NCBI RefSeq assembly: GCF_001194135.2
Contig: NC_068997.1
Coordinates: 11,365,779 to 11,429,778 of the forward strand
Direction of reading: 5' to 3'
DNA from: Octopus bimaculoides
Lineage: Eukaryota
Length of the DNA stretch: 64,000 nt
In this document: positions 25,846 to 39,631 of the stretch, in pieces
Numbering within the stretch: the stretch's first letter is position 1
Layout of the letters: each line of letters opens with the position of its first letter
Position numbers and translations under genes: made by a program
Notes under the pieces: generated by a model
Database searches by the model: none
What the model saw: the letters and a program-made list of their open reading frames with translations, nothing else
What the model was told of the DNA's origin: nothing

Positions 25846-27442
25846 AGTGTCTATATTTAAAATATCATAATAAATGTATGGACGTTTGGTATTTTAGTTT
25901 AGATAAAAAGAATAAACCTCGTGAAATCATTGTTTGATAGATTTGGGGTTTTGCTTTCCTTTCGAATATATGCAGCTATCTCATTGCTAATACATAATCA
26001 CATCATATTTAAATGCTTTATTTCAAAATTCTCGTTTTCTACACCCGAAAGTTCCAGGGAGTCTTTGTATATATCACTCCAGTAAATTTACTATTTTCTT
26101 CAAATGATTTATACCAACTTCCTTTGGATTGCTTTCATTCCCATTGATGACTATTGGCAACGTAAATTTCCGTCGATCGTGGATAGCTTTTAGCATAATT
26201 GCCGCGAAGACATGCATAACCTAAAAATGGAACCATAATATGGCCGTTTGAGCAGAGCTAAATTAACGAGGAAATCTCTACTTAGTCTTTTGTTATAATA
26301 AAATTAAGATGTAAAACGTTCCTCCTATCAAATCACAGTCTCAAAATAAAGCAAAAACACATTAAAACAAAAAAGCAAATTTAGGGCAGGAACGGATTTG
26401 AACATAAGACTACTCAGTCTGGTTTGAGCTATGGTTAAACTATATCAAAACCGACAACATTTCTCAAAGACAGCTGGACATAGCTACTTGACCTTTTAGA
26501 AATAGCACTTCAAATGGCATTTTAAATAACGAAAGAAAACGTTAGGCACTGTAGTTCTCGATTTACCCACAAGAATACGAAATCATATCGAATAAAATAC
26601 CTTTGATCCTATTTGTATTCAGTTGCATTTAACTATGGGCTAAACAACGAAAAAAACCAACACCTCCAAAATGACTAATTTAGTTAGTATTAGATCACAA
26701 GATCTCTTAATAAATGTTCCTTTCATCATTTGCCGCTAACACCAACGTATAATGTACAATGAATCTCTTCAGAATTTCGTTTAATATTTCTAAAGTTATG
26801 CAGCTATGTTGTTTGTAACACCGTTCTCATAATCCGCTTATAAATTCTAGCATTTACAGTATTACATGAACAAATGCAATCAATAATTCCTTGATACTCC
26901 ATTTTATCTATTACACAAATAGCTTCAAATTCTTTTTAAACAATGTAAATATGTATTAAACCATCTATTCAGACAATAAGAAATAATGGTAAATACGTAA
27001 GGAAGTGTTATGTTACTTTTCTATCGCGCAAAATGTAATGACCGGAATATGTTTTAAACCCTTTTGTTAAGCCACTCTCTAATATTAAATAGATCGAGCT
27101 TGCTGAAAGCTGTTCTATTTGCACTAGTTTCCGATTTCCAAATCATGGATATAAACAAATAACGATGTGCTATGTGCAAGAAAATCGATTTGAAGTAGTT
27201 TTACTCCGAATAGTGGACAATATTCGGAAAATACACAAGGATGATTCTGTTGATTTGATTTCGGAACATTTACCTTTCACATTATTTCTATGCATTTCGT
27301 TTATAATTAATAAATGCAAATAATGCTCGTACGAATACCAAAAAAAAAACATAATATTAATATTGATTTTTAAAATACACAGTGCCTTACATACAAAGCA
27401 AGTAAAACATTTTCTCGTACGCGTTACCAAACCCTCGCCCTA

Positions 27443-27458
27443 ATATAATAATAATAAC

Positions 27459-27498
<40 letters not shown>

Positions 27499-27516
27499 GT
27501 AATAATAATAATAATA
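27443..27516. repeat. (TAA)n microsatellite
   Basis: Seen directly. Confidence 0.95.
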
Positions 27517-27695
27517 CCAAGGTTGTGGTCAATGAAGAAAGTAAACATGATGCCAATAATAACTGTGGCACTTTGAAGTATCAGCACTCAGCTACCAACA
27601 TGGCTGAAAAAGTTTGGTGCAAGTGTGAAGGTAGAACAGCTACAGAAATCGGCATTGCTTGGTATTGAAAGAATTCTTCGCAGGATTCATGAACC
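27514..27695 (+). mobile_element. R4/Dong-clade (RLE-type) non-LTR retrotransposon C-terminal remnant
   Basis: One frame gives IPRLWSMKKVNMMPIITVAL*SISTQLPTWLKKFGASVKVEQLQKSALLGIERILRRIH. This matches the R4/Dong/Rex6 end motif EI..LW....V...P.V.GALG......WL..L......LQK.ALLGTARILR.VL as I recall it. Confidence 0.75.
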
Positions 27696-28923
27696 ATGTA
27701 GCTCTATATCTGAAGAAAACACGGATACTGAGCGAGTTGGTGAATAAATGTCGTGTTACTCTGTCATCGTGAAAGATCACATTTTGGTGGCTGTAAGTCT
27801 TATATCAAACTGGTATTGCACCTATGAACAGAGAAAAGATAGTTATTTTAGAATGTTCTCTGACCTGTTCGAAAAAGCCTAGAGTTTTCCTGATAAAAGT
27901 CATTGTACATCCTAGCCCTTAACCTATAGAGTGTTTGCATCAATTGCCTACCATACACATTGCTTAATTTGAAGGTGGCTTTCTCGATCTAAGGAACTAT
28001 TTGAACTTGGGCTGCTAAAAATATTTGATGTGTCACCCTTCAAATGTCGCAAGGTTTTCCTCATGCCGTATGTTCACATCGACCACAACATTCCGAACCC
28101 TTTGCATGTGAGAAATATAGTCTCGTTTCTTATTGGTTACTATATATGGATGATTAGCTTGAAGTTATTTTTGGTTTGAAAGCGATAGAGTCGAGAAAAT
28201 TTGTATCCATGTAAATTGCTAATGGCTTATATGCAACAGACGTATTCTCATACATTGGGTCTTACATGGGATAAGTTCGTTAATCCCAAATCAGTATAGT
28301 TATCCATGCTTAGATATATTCTACAAATGCAAGCATTAGGCATGTCCGTACATTATGTGCGCAAGTCTAAATTTACTGTAATGTTTTACAAATTTGATAT
28401 AGTCTTCTAAATTGCAATGTCCTTCAATAAAGTAAAATAGATTCTGATGCTGTATCTTCAAAACTCCTGGAACACGATGATTGCTATTAAGGAAGTGGCT
28501 TCATTCAAGATGTCAAGGAAAGTTATTAAATAACGGTTTCTATCAATTACATATATTGGAAGTGAATGCAATACGAAAGTAGTTGCCTAGATAAGTTTGC
28601 ATGAAAAGAAGAATTTGCGTGAAAAGAAGAATTACCACTTATGCTGTTTCTAGGACTTTTTGCTTAGTTGTGATATGGTGTTCCACAAGAATATATAAAT
28701 GTCCCCACTCGCCAAAGAAGAAGAAAACAAAACATAAAGCGCATTAACATACGCCAACTTCTGTTTGCTGGCGCCCCAGACAAGCTGATCATTGATGCCA
28801 AATTGAAAAGGTATTTGATGATAGGAAAAGTTTGAAAAGAAATCGAATTGATTTTGTAAATTATTTTATTCCACTGCGGTATGGCTGTAATCGTAGATCT
28901 GAAACAAATGTTAATATACTTTA

Positions 28924-29325
28924 CTACAAGGCGTTAAGCTGGCAGAAGCGTTAGCACGCCGGGCGAAATGCTTCGCGGTATTTCGTCTATCGTTACGTTC
29001 TGAGTTCAAATTCCGCCGAGGTCGACTTTGCCTTTCATCCTTTCGGGGTCGATAAATTAAGTACCAGTTACGCACTGCGGTCGATGTAATCGACTTAATC
29101 CGTTCGTCTGTTCTTGTTTGTTCCCTCTATGTTTAGCCCCTTGTGGGCAATAACGAAATAGGTATTTCGTCTGTCTTTACCTTCTGAGTTCAAATTCCAC
29201 CGAGGTCGACTTTGCCTTCCATTCTTTCGGGGTCGATAAATTAAGTACCAGTTACGTACTGGGGTATATCTAATCGACTGGCCCCCTCTCCAAAACTTTC
29301 GGGCCTTGTGCCTAGAGTAGAAATG
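28924..29325 (+). mobile_element. SINE family A dimer (full monomer plus 5'-truncated monomer)
   Basis: A-box-like 'ctggcagaagcg' and B-box 'gagttcaaattcc'. The core 'gaggtcgactttgcctttcatcctttcggggtcgataaattaagtaccag' occurs twice. Flanked by 'aatatacttta' at 28913-28923 and 29326-29336. Confidence 0.92.
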
Positions 29326-29339
29326 AATATACTTTATTG

Positions 29340-29730
29340 CTAAAGCAGTGAGCTGGCAGATTCATCAGTACACCAAGCAAAATGGCAAGCGATATTTCCT
29401 ACGTCTTTACGTTCTGAATTCAAACTCAGCCGAGGATTGACGTTGTCTTTCATTCTTTCGGGGTCGATGAAATATAAGTACCAGCTAAGATTTTAGAGTC
29501 GATGTAATCGATTTATTCCCTCCTCCTAAATGATTGGCATTGTGCCAAAATTTGAATCCAGTTTACTCTGCTACTACGGTGGAGATCTTGCAGAATCGTT
29601 TGTACATGAAGTAAAATGCTTAAACCCATTCATATTATGTTGAGGTTGGCTTTTCCCTTCACCCTTCCCGGATCGATAAAGCAAGTATCAGCTAAGCGTT
29701 GGGGTTCGATATATTTGACTAACGCCTTCA
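29340..29730 (+). mobile_element. two older diverged SINE family A copies
   Basis: 'gtgagctggcagattc...gaattcaaactcagccgagg...ttcggggtcgatgaaatataagtaccag' (29345-29560) and a more decayed copy 'gaggttggcttttcccttc...gatcgataaagcaagtatcag' (29580-29730). Confidence 0.75.
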
Positions 29731-30210
29731 CCGAAATGAGCTTATAATAAAATAGACAATACATTTTTCTCTACTACATCGTTGTTTCCTATAACAGTAA
29801 AGTACAAATGGCCAGAAATAGATCCACTATTACACAGAAAAAATAACAATATGAAGGTCACCAAATTAACATGTAGCATCTAAAAGATAAAATGATATAT
29901 ATATCCGAAAAGATTTTTACAAATGAAATGTTCTCAATCATTTGTCATGCAAATTGTATATATAAAATATATGTTGTATTTATAATATACTTTGTCTTAA
30001 ATTTCGTTCCATAGCTTATATTCAATTATCGTACAACTGTCTATAACAGAATATGACATGGAATTTGGTCGATAGTTTATCATTCAATTGGCATACAATC
30101 TAAATGCTATATGTATAATAATCTTCGATTTTGTGTCGTAGTTACGTGATACACAAGTAGATTGTTTCAGTACAATATTATAGATTATAAACACACACAT
30201 CACACATATT

Positions 30211-30225
30211 TCTATCTATCTATCC

Positions 30226-30286
<61 letters not shown>
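30211..30286. repeat. (TCTA)n microsatellite
   Basis: Seen directly. Confidence 0.95.
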
Positions 30287-32667
30287 CCGATAGATCTAGC
30301 TATCTCTCCCTGGGTATATATATANNNNNNNNNNNNNNNNNNNNNNNNNNNNNNNNNNNNNNNNNNNNNNNNNNNNNNNNNNNNNNNNNNNNNNNNNNNN
30401 NNNNNNNNNNNNNNNNNNNNNNNNNNNNNNNNNNNNNNNNNNNNNNNNNNNNNNNNNNNNNNNNNNNNNNNNNNNNNNNNNNTTTTACAATTGCTCAGAA
30501 TATTTGCGATCATACTTGAAAATATTATTTAAAGAATTTTCTATTTATTTTGTATTTCTTCCGTTGTTATCAGCTATGTCCGCCGATCACACGAAGGCAA
30601 CATATATTCAACGCTTATTCTCACACTTCAAATATCTTCTGCAAGTCCTTCTCATAAACAATTTTCAAACAAAGGTGTCTGGCAGAAACAAAAAATTCAT
30701 ACATGATTTTTGAACACACTTCCACTCACAAACATTCAATTTTTAATCGCTCAAAATTCCGGAGCGCTCTTTTTGATCCTTTTAGTAAGAAACATCATTT
30801 ATTGCTGTATTTTTTATTAATGAAATCTTATCGCTGGTCACAAGCTTTGTCAGGTTTCTACTATAAAGTAGTGTCAACACTTTCATTGTTACACGGAATT
30901 ATTCTGAAAATCATTTAGATGAAATCTTTATACACAGCCTCCGTCGATCAAAATAGACTGCGTACCTGAACGTATAGGCATAGAATTGGACAACATTTTT
31001 CAGGAATACTAGCACGTGCATATGTATGGGAATTATTCAACATATTGTGCAGGGAAAGGATAGTCACGTGAACCGATATAGTTTGGAATCAGCGTTATCG
31101 CACGCGTGGCTACCAACATGCAAAGCGGCAGAAACAGATATTCAAGGCATCTTACCCGACCGCCTAAAATTCCGTCAATCTCCAGCCCCGTCTTGGTATT
31201 TTTTCTCTTCCAAGAAAAGCTGACAAGCAGAGTTGATATCATTGAGATCTGAAAACAGTGTGCAATGATTGCGAATAAATACCATGATGCATTTTATCCA
31301 ATCCTAAAGATTTTTACGATTCGCCGCCTTTGTAAGTGCAATAACAGGCAGAACATATTTCCGATGCTGTAAGCTGATAGAGATCAAGATACACTTAGAA
31401 AAGTTAGCTCTAAAACAATGTATTGACGTATTTAAATGATAGATATATCCGCCGCTGTAAGGGCTGTGTGATTTACATTGGTTCAGTTGAATAGAATTTT
31501 GTGTTTACTGTTGAACTTGATGGCTCGTTAATATGTTGTATACTATTACATCATGTGTTGTATATCATTACCTTTATTTCTCTGAGGTATTGTAAACTGC
31601 AGTAGGGTATTTTATAGCAAATATATCAAATAATTCTGTTATTTTCTAACAAGCATTGCTTTGATTTCTCCGCTATAATACACTTCCTTTAATTTCTTTA
31701 ACAATGCTCCAGGGTAATCGCTATGAATTATTATAATAAGATTTTAATGATTACTTCCATTAATGTCTCTGCCGTAGACGCATCTACAAGAGATCATGAT
31801 GACTACCACTACCTGCTAGATATTTAATACGATCATATTAAATTCTACTTTGGCAGAAGTTCAAACATTTCTTTACGAAGGATTAGTCAAATATATTGAC
31901 ATACATTATTGATACGTATTACATTAGCCATTCCGTATTTACATTTACTGAAATGATAAAAAGTTAAGGTCAAACGTGGAAAGGGTTTCAATATAGAGCT
32001 TTACGAATTGCATCGAAATGCCGCACGACATTTTATCTGACGTTGTTTATCTGATGTTTATTAATTACCTGTAAATTACCAGTAGCACTGATACGAACCA
32101 ATCAGCGTAAACAACCCATGTGTATGCAGAAAACGTACCTATAATCACAAATCTCGCAGCAACATCAATAACCCTCCTTCCNNNNNNNNNNNNNNNNNNN
32201 NNNNNNNNNNNNNNNNNNNNNNNNNNNNNNNNNNNNNNNNNNNNNNNNNNNNNNNNNNNNNNNNNNNNNNNNNNNNNNNNNNNNNNNNNNNNNNNNNNNN
32301 NNNNNNNNNNNNNNNNNNNNNNNNNNNNNNNNNNNNNNNNNNNNNNNNNNNNNNNNNNNNNNNNNNNNNNNNNNNNNNNNNNNNNNNNNNNNNNNNNNNN
32401 NNNNNNNNNNNNNNNNNNNNNNNNNNNNNNNNNNNNNNNNNNNNNNNNNNNNNNNNNNNNNNNNNNNNNNNNNNNNNNNNNNNNNNNNNNNNNNNNNNNN
32501 NNNNNNNNNNNNNNNNNNNNNNNNNNNNNNNNNNNNNNNNNNNNNNNNNNNNNNNNNNNNNNNNNNNNNNNNNNNNNNNNNNNNNNNNNNNNNNNNNNNN
32601 NNNNNNNNNNNNNNNNNNNNNNNNNNNNNNNNNNNNNNNNNNNNNNNNNNNNNNNNNNNNNNCTATA

Positions 32668-32810
32668 TACGACGGATTTTTTGTTTTTCAGTTTCTGTCT
32701 ACCAAAGCCACTCATAACGCTTTGCTTGGCAAAAAGCGTAGAAACCACTTATACAAGATGCCATGGAGGGAGTTCGAACCCAGAGCCATGTGGATGCGAA
32801 GGAAATGTGT
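32668..32810 (-). mobile_element. SINE family B 5' half
   Basis: 'gacgg...ttcagtttctgtctaccaaagccactcataacgctttg...ttcgaacccagagccatgtgg' aligns to 25691-25820. Confidence 0.7.
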
Positions 32811-34334
32811 ATATCTCTCGAGCTATTTAATACCTATCCACCTATTTATCTCTCAATCTATCTACCTAGCTCCATATATATATATATTACTTTTCAGTTA
32901 ACATCACTACCGCAACAACATTTACACCAACATCGCCACCGCTCTTTTAATAATGACACCACGTTCATCGATCATATAAAATTAAGGAGGGTTGTGTCGT
33001 AACTACCAAACCTGTCGTCATTATCAATAACTGTCGTCACACTAGCAATATAGATAAGAGCTGACACAAATACAGCCAAAAGTGTTCTGTCCACTATAAT
33101 CACAACAACTATTATGACTATAAATCCGCCAGCACACCATCTAGTTCAGAGTTAGTACGGCCATAGCAGTTGCAACGTTGAAGCACGTAATAAACTTCAT
33201 AAAAGCAAACAACACTACTGTCATAGCCAATGATACCATCTCCACAATCAGACACTAACTAATAGGTTTAAGCAAATCGAGAAAAAATTATCCAGACAAT
33301 AGACACTTTAACGACTTCATTGCTAGACATTTAATATTAATAAACATTGCTTATGTGAAAGAAAATATATATTTCAGTTTATTTATTATCAATGTTGTGG
33401 AAGCAAATATATATATTTATTTAAACGCTTCATACAAAACACGTCTAATTTTGCCTCATTTGTATATACTTGTTTAATAATCTCTCGCTGAGACTACACC
33501 ATCTTTCTCTGAATACTCATGTTTCTGTGAAAGTTCTCGAGCGGTAGGTAGTGGATACGAGAATCAGTAAAACGGCAAAGAAAATGTTTGGCCGTATTTT
33601 GTTCCGTCAATTTCAAATCTAAGTTTAAGTTTTCAGGTGTTCAAAAATCTTTTTTGTTTCACAAAGAACATTATCAAATTTCTAAATAACCCGTTTTGTA
33701 TGATTTGGGAAATAATGGAAATAATTATTACAAACAAGAAACAGTGCTTTATAAAAATGTTTCATAAAAATTCCAGCTGGTGTCGATTAGCGTTTAGTGT
33801 TTCAGTTGTCAATAGAATAGAAATAACAATCAAGTACGTGGTTGATGTAATCAACAATAATGTCGTTTACAAATTAGTGAGCCAAAGCCTTGTACATTAA
33901 GGTGGTTGAAATGTCAAATGCTGATTATGAAATACCATGATTATCAGGAATCTAACCGATTGAAACGTAGAGTAGATGTTTATATTTGAAAAATTGTTTT
34001 ATTTTCTAAAGTTGAAGTTAATAATCCTAAGTTATAAATATTTATTATTATTATTGCACAATGTTTGCAGAAATCGCTGCGTAAGTTACAATTACACACG
34101 CCTCCAGAAAGTCTATCATGTATACAATTAGTAATGCACTATTGCAGCATTAAAAGTAATAAAAGTGTACGTTTAATATTGCTTGGAACAATGATAGAAA
34201 CTATAGTAATAATAACAGTACATATAGTAATATTGATTATAACATTGTTTCAAAACCACAAAGCACAGATAATAATATTGGAAATAATAGTAATGATGTT
34301 ATTTTCTTATTTTGACACAAGGTCAGTAATTTTA

Positions 34335-34510
34335 AGGCGTGGATATATCCGTTACATCGACTCCAGACGCCAAATGGTACGTATTTTATCGATTCCGAAG
34401 GATAAAAGGCAAAGTCGACCTCAGCGAACACAGAATACAGAACGTAATGACAGACAAATTACCGCTAAGCAATGTGTCGGAAAAGCTATAGATTCTCTTA
34501 GTTCACCGAT
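34335..34510 (-). mobile_element. SINE family A (diverged)
   Basis: 'tacatcgactcc...ggtacgtattttatcgattccgaaggataaaaggcaaagtcgacctc...cagaacgtaa...ccgctaagca' is the reverse complement of the family A core. Confidence 0.8.
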
Positions 34511-36929
34511 CCAAACTTATCAGTAATGTTAAAATCAAACTGTTAACATGTCATGCTGTTTTTAACCATCAAATTCAAAGCAATAAAACGTGAATCAGAA
34601 TATTTTATGTAAACCGAAAATACCATGACAGTTTTTCGTATCTTTGCAAACAAAAAGCAAGTGTATTTATACGGTACCTAAAAGGTATGCATTAATGCGA
34701 AGATCATGGACTTCCAACGAGAGAAGGTCTAAGGAAAGCACTTACAAGTATGTTACATGAAATTAACAGGGAAATTCTGTCACTGAAAGGGCTGAGGGCA
34801 GTGGCAAGCGCATATATTTCTTTCATTCGTTATTACCGACTTGCTGTCGAAATTTGCTAGAAGCCAATCTTGAGCAGAGTTTTTACTTCTGGCGAAAGGA
34901 AAATGTTCCGTTGCTTCTAATAACTATAGAGCAAGTACACTAGGAGATTAATGACGTGAAAGCATGTGCTGAGGCTGGAACATTGGTCAACGGTCGTCTC
35001 ATTGAATTGTATGATGAGCAAGAATTAAGATTGACACTTTAATTTTCGAACTAGCCATCCTCCTCTCCTTCGGTCTCCATTTGAATAACTTTAAAATGAA
35101 GGGTAGTGAGTAATGCAGTGAGTAATTTTCTGGGTTTATTTTTTTATTTAGATTCTTTAAACTGCTTTCATGAAGTTTATAGATTGGAATACTTGTATAA
35201 TTTCACATATAATCGTATTTTCGGTATTAATTTGTGTCTGTAAGATGCGTCATATCAGTTTCGTTTGCCTTTAAGTAATTGTATTAATAGTAATCATCTT
35301 TGTTCTCTGATTTTATTATCTGAATGTAATCTTATTTAATTCGCGTCTTCAGTTCGGCTAATTTGTCTAATCGCATAAATATTTTTTATATCATTGTTGA
35401 CTATGTATACAGTGCTACCAGATTCTCCACATTGTCGCTATCAATTGTAAATAATTTTAAATTATTTATATAGATGAGATAGTTTGTAGCCTGTCTGCAA
35501 TATAACGATTTGTAATATAATTCACCAAATGTGTTAATGCAGTCAGATTTAGATAGAAGACAGTTTGGAAAAGATCTTCCAAGAAAGGTACACTTATCAT
35601 GCAAATAAATATGTTCATTTTTATCTTAATGGTTAGCCTAAGGTAAACAACAGCGAAAGACAAACACATTGGCCATATCAATTGCTATTTAAGTTGGATT
35701 CCCTATATCACAAGCGCAGAAAAAAAATAAACATTATCAGTAAACTACCAACAGGATCAGAGCAGCGTAGCTGTAGCAAAGAAAGGTGAGAAAAGTAATT
35801 AACCAAGTTCAGCTTAAATAACAACAACATTCTGACATGTTCATTACATCCCAGTATACTTCTCTATAATAGCTGTACCAGAGATTTGTTATCTTACATC
35901 ACACCCAAATGAATTTTCGTCTTTGAGAATTCAAGTAAAATCAATAGCGGTTCAGTCCGCAATGAAAACCCCTCGGTCGTATCTTCTGCTGATATCACGT
36001 TGCATAACCGATGGGCTCCATTCAATGCGCTCCATTCAAAGCTCGTTATACTTGTTAGTGAGTCTTTTGTCAGATTTGTTACATCACAGTATGTTTCGAT
36101 AAAGATTGCTGATTTATATTAAAACGAATTCTATATATAGATTGATAGTTAGAATTAGGGTCCAGCAATCTTGCTCAAACACTTCCTATCTTAGCAAGAC
36201 CTGCTCCAACCAAACGCACACCAACACTACTGAGACCGGCTCTAACTTCTAGATAACGTTTCTTCCATAGTTTTCTTGCTCACATATTGTAGCTCTATGA
36301 CACGTGGCGTGTGTTACATCTATACACACATAATTTTAGGCAAAATTGCGCGAAAAAGATGGAGCTTTTAGCGTCCTTAACTTGCAAGATATAAAACTGG
36401 AATCTCCCTCAAATTGCAGCTCGTAAAATAATAAGTTCGTCAATGATGTAATGTAGTTTACGCGGATCATAGTTCAAGTTAGTAATAATTAATATTAGTA
36501 ATGATTTTTGTAAAAACGTGTAGGATAATACATGATCTCTAATGAAGTCATTTACGGTGATTAGAAATACAATATTAACATGAGCTGAATTGGAATTGTG
36601 ATATTTGTCGATCTGGGCATCATCATTGACAGTCGTGCGGTATGGTACCGAAGCAGTATAAACATAGCCATCAACATAATCATGCTTACTAAATGCGTAA
36701 CGAGAACCTATGAATGTGCATTTATATAGTCAACCAACCTACTAGAAGTACCAACGAAAGTTTCTCAATAATATACACCTATGTATCTTTTAAAAGAGAG
36801 ACACAGTATATGTTTATACCATACACATACACACACAAAGTAAAACATGCCAATGTATGTGCGTATGTTACCAGAGACATAAGAAAAGAGTAGAGTTATT
36901 TAAGCAATTGTGTCTCCACCATGTATGGT

Positions 36930-37380
36930 TATCTATTGGAAAATTTAGGTAAATTGTTTTCGAAGTTTAAAGTCTTTAATAATTTAGCACCAAATGCGAT
37001 AGTATTATCATGTGGCCAGGATGGAAGCTGATCGGATAGCTAAGCAATTTCTGTATGGTTAGTTTGCACATGGTGAAAGACCAAATTAATAAACGAAATT
37101 AAGAATTAGACACTACATCAAGATTACAAGTAGGAAGGTCAAAATTTTGGAAAATAGATGAGAAAACCTAGACGAAGATTGTTCCTCATAGACGAATGCA
37201 GAACCTTATGGATAGTGACGATTTGAATTCAATTGTGTCAAGGGAGATGTTCGTATGGTTTAGATGTTAATTTGATGTTAAATTGTAATTAGAATGTTGG
37301 TGCTGAGCCCAATTTAACAAGCTGCTAGTGCAGGCGATTGTGTAAGTGTGGCAGGTTTTAGAAGTAATCAGAAAAGCCGC
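36930..37380 (+). mobile_element. old RTE LINE 3' remnant
   Basis: Translation QMR*YYHVARMEADRIAKQFLYG*FAHGERP..TKLRI matches RTE QLRW.GHV.RM...R.PKQLLYGEL..GKR...PKLRFKD. A CKCGR finger-like motif follows near 37340. Confidence 0.7.
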
Positions 37381-37871
37381 ACGCACAAGGGAATTAATTA
37401 TGCATTATATAGCACCTCTAGGTGTTGGGAGTAACGAAAAGACTGTAAACCAGGACTGACAAATTATATAAAGTTTTAGCAAAACAGTATCGCAGCACCT
37501 ACTGCATGAGGCACTCATTGTTACCATATCTGTAGAAAACAGTCAAACGCGTAGGAGGCCTTACACTGCTAATATTTAAGAGAACACTTAAGAGAAAGCA
37601 ATATTCTAAATAATTTTGCAGTTATTATGTATGCATGCATGTATTATTGGCGCGCATGCGTGAACGTGTGTGTGCGCGCGCTGGTGCTAGCAAGTGTAAC
37701 TAAATGAGATATTCAATGCCAGGTGGAAGGTGATATATATGCCAAAAGTGACATTTCACAATTTGTAATTTGTAGATTCACGTCTCCAGATTTCAAACGC
37801 CAATATAAATTTCATTTAGCAAATTTATGAGAGATTGATAATACTAACTATAATGCTATGTATAAATGTAG

Positions 37872-37940
<69 letters not shown>

Positions 37941-38907
37941 ATGTGTAAACAAAAATATTATTAACAGTAATTTCGAAGCTTTTTTCAGTTAAGTCAGCGT
38001 CTGACTGCAAATATTTATATATTACATATAATATATATACACACACGCTCACACATGTATATATGAAAGTATGTATATATATAAGTCTGGATTTATTTAT
38101 GTTTGTATGGTTGGATGGATGGATGGATGGATGCTCTATACTAGAATTAAATATGAAGTGCGGAACAACTGCGGGCTCCACCATATGCCGTTATATTCTA
38201 GAATTATAGGTTTTCTCATTAGAGCAAGTGCAAATTGTGTCTTATATGAATTTCATTGTGTTTATACACTGTAATTTCGAAATCAATATTAAATAGAACA
38301 ATCTTTGTATCAATAAGACATATAGGCGCTGTTTACTACTTTAACGATTTTAGAAGTGTGCTGGAATTACCCAATTTAACAGCAGAAGATGAATCTAAAA
38401 TCGAATATCCTAATTCAGCTGTTATATTAATCAGAGGAATAAATACTTATCATTCATAACCCAAATAGATCTTTTTTTCCAAAATTCTGTTATCAAATGG
38501 GTATATAATAACACAGAGCAACCATATAATAGTACCTAATCAAAGGTAACACGAAGGGACATTTGAAAATTAAATCAAGGTATTATAAAGAAGTAAATAA
38601 TTAAAGCTTCCACTCTCCTATTTGATTGGCATCTTTAACAAAAACTAAGAGCGCATTTAATGGTGTTTACTGACAAATACATCTTAAAGATGAGTAGAGC
38701 GATGGTACAGAGCTGCTGGTGATACTAGCCTGGTAAATCAGATAATGATACAGCCGGAACTAATAGCGGAACTCATAGTCAAACGCTCTAGCAACACCCA
38801 CTAGTACATAAGCTTCGTATAGTGTTCAATTTACAGACTGATTTTATTTTGAAGTGTCCATTCAGTTCACTTCTGCTTATATCACCCTCATACGCTCATC
38901 CACATAA

Positions 38908-39046
38908 ATCTTCTTCTTCTTCTTCTTCTTCTTCTTCTTCTTCTTCTTCTTCTTCTTCTTCTTCTTCTTCCATACATATATACATGCATACATACATACA
39001 TACATACATACATACATACATACATACATACATACATACATACATA
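38908..39046. repeat. (CTT)n followed by (CATA)n
   Basis: Seen directly. Confidence 0.95.
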
Positions 39047-39392
39047 GGTTGAGACGCAAACACGCGCATATCCTTATGTCGGGTCTGGCAGGGGCTTAAC
39101 AGCAGCAAACAACAACAGAATGAACGCATGCAACATGAATCAGAAAGATGATTTGACTAATCAACATTAATGAGTAGCCGTGGTCTCATCTGCCAAATCA
39201 GTGACAAAAATTGCAGCAACAGTATTAATTACAAACGGTGAATGCAATAACAATTATGAAAGAAACATCGGCAACAAGAACAACATGAGAAACCCTACAT
39301 AAAGCAACAACAACTACTATATCAAGAAAAACAACAGGTAGATAGAGAATTAGTGACAGGAATGGAAATGGGGTCGTTGAAAGCATTATAAT

Positions 39393-39461
39393 TTCTTCTT
39401 CTCCTTCTTGTTCTTGTTCTTGTTCTTGTTCTTGTTCTTCTTCTTCTCCTTGTTCTTCTCC

Positions 39462-39493
<32 letters not shown>

Positions 39494-39510
39494 CTTCTTC
39501 TTCTTCTTCT

Positions 39511-39557
<47 letters not shown>

Positions 39558-39599
39558 TTCGCTCTTCTTCGCTCTTCTTCTTCATCTCCTTCTACTTCT

Positions 39600-39631
<32 letters not shown>

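Noticed and set aside
28924-29020. tRNA gene suggested by A/B-box motifs
   Set aside because: The boxes belong to SINE heads, continue into the SINE core, and give no cloverleaf.
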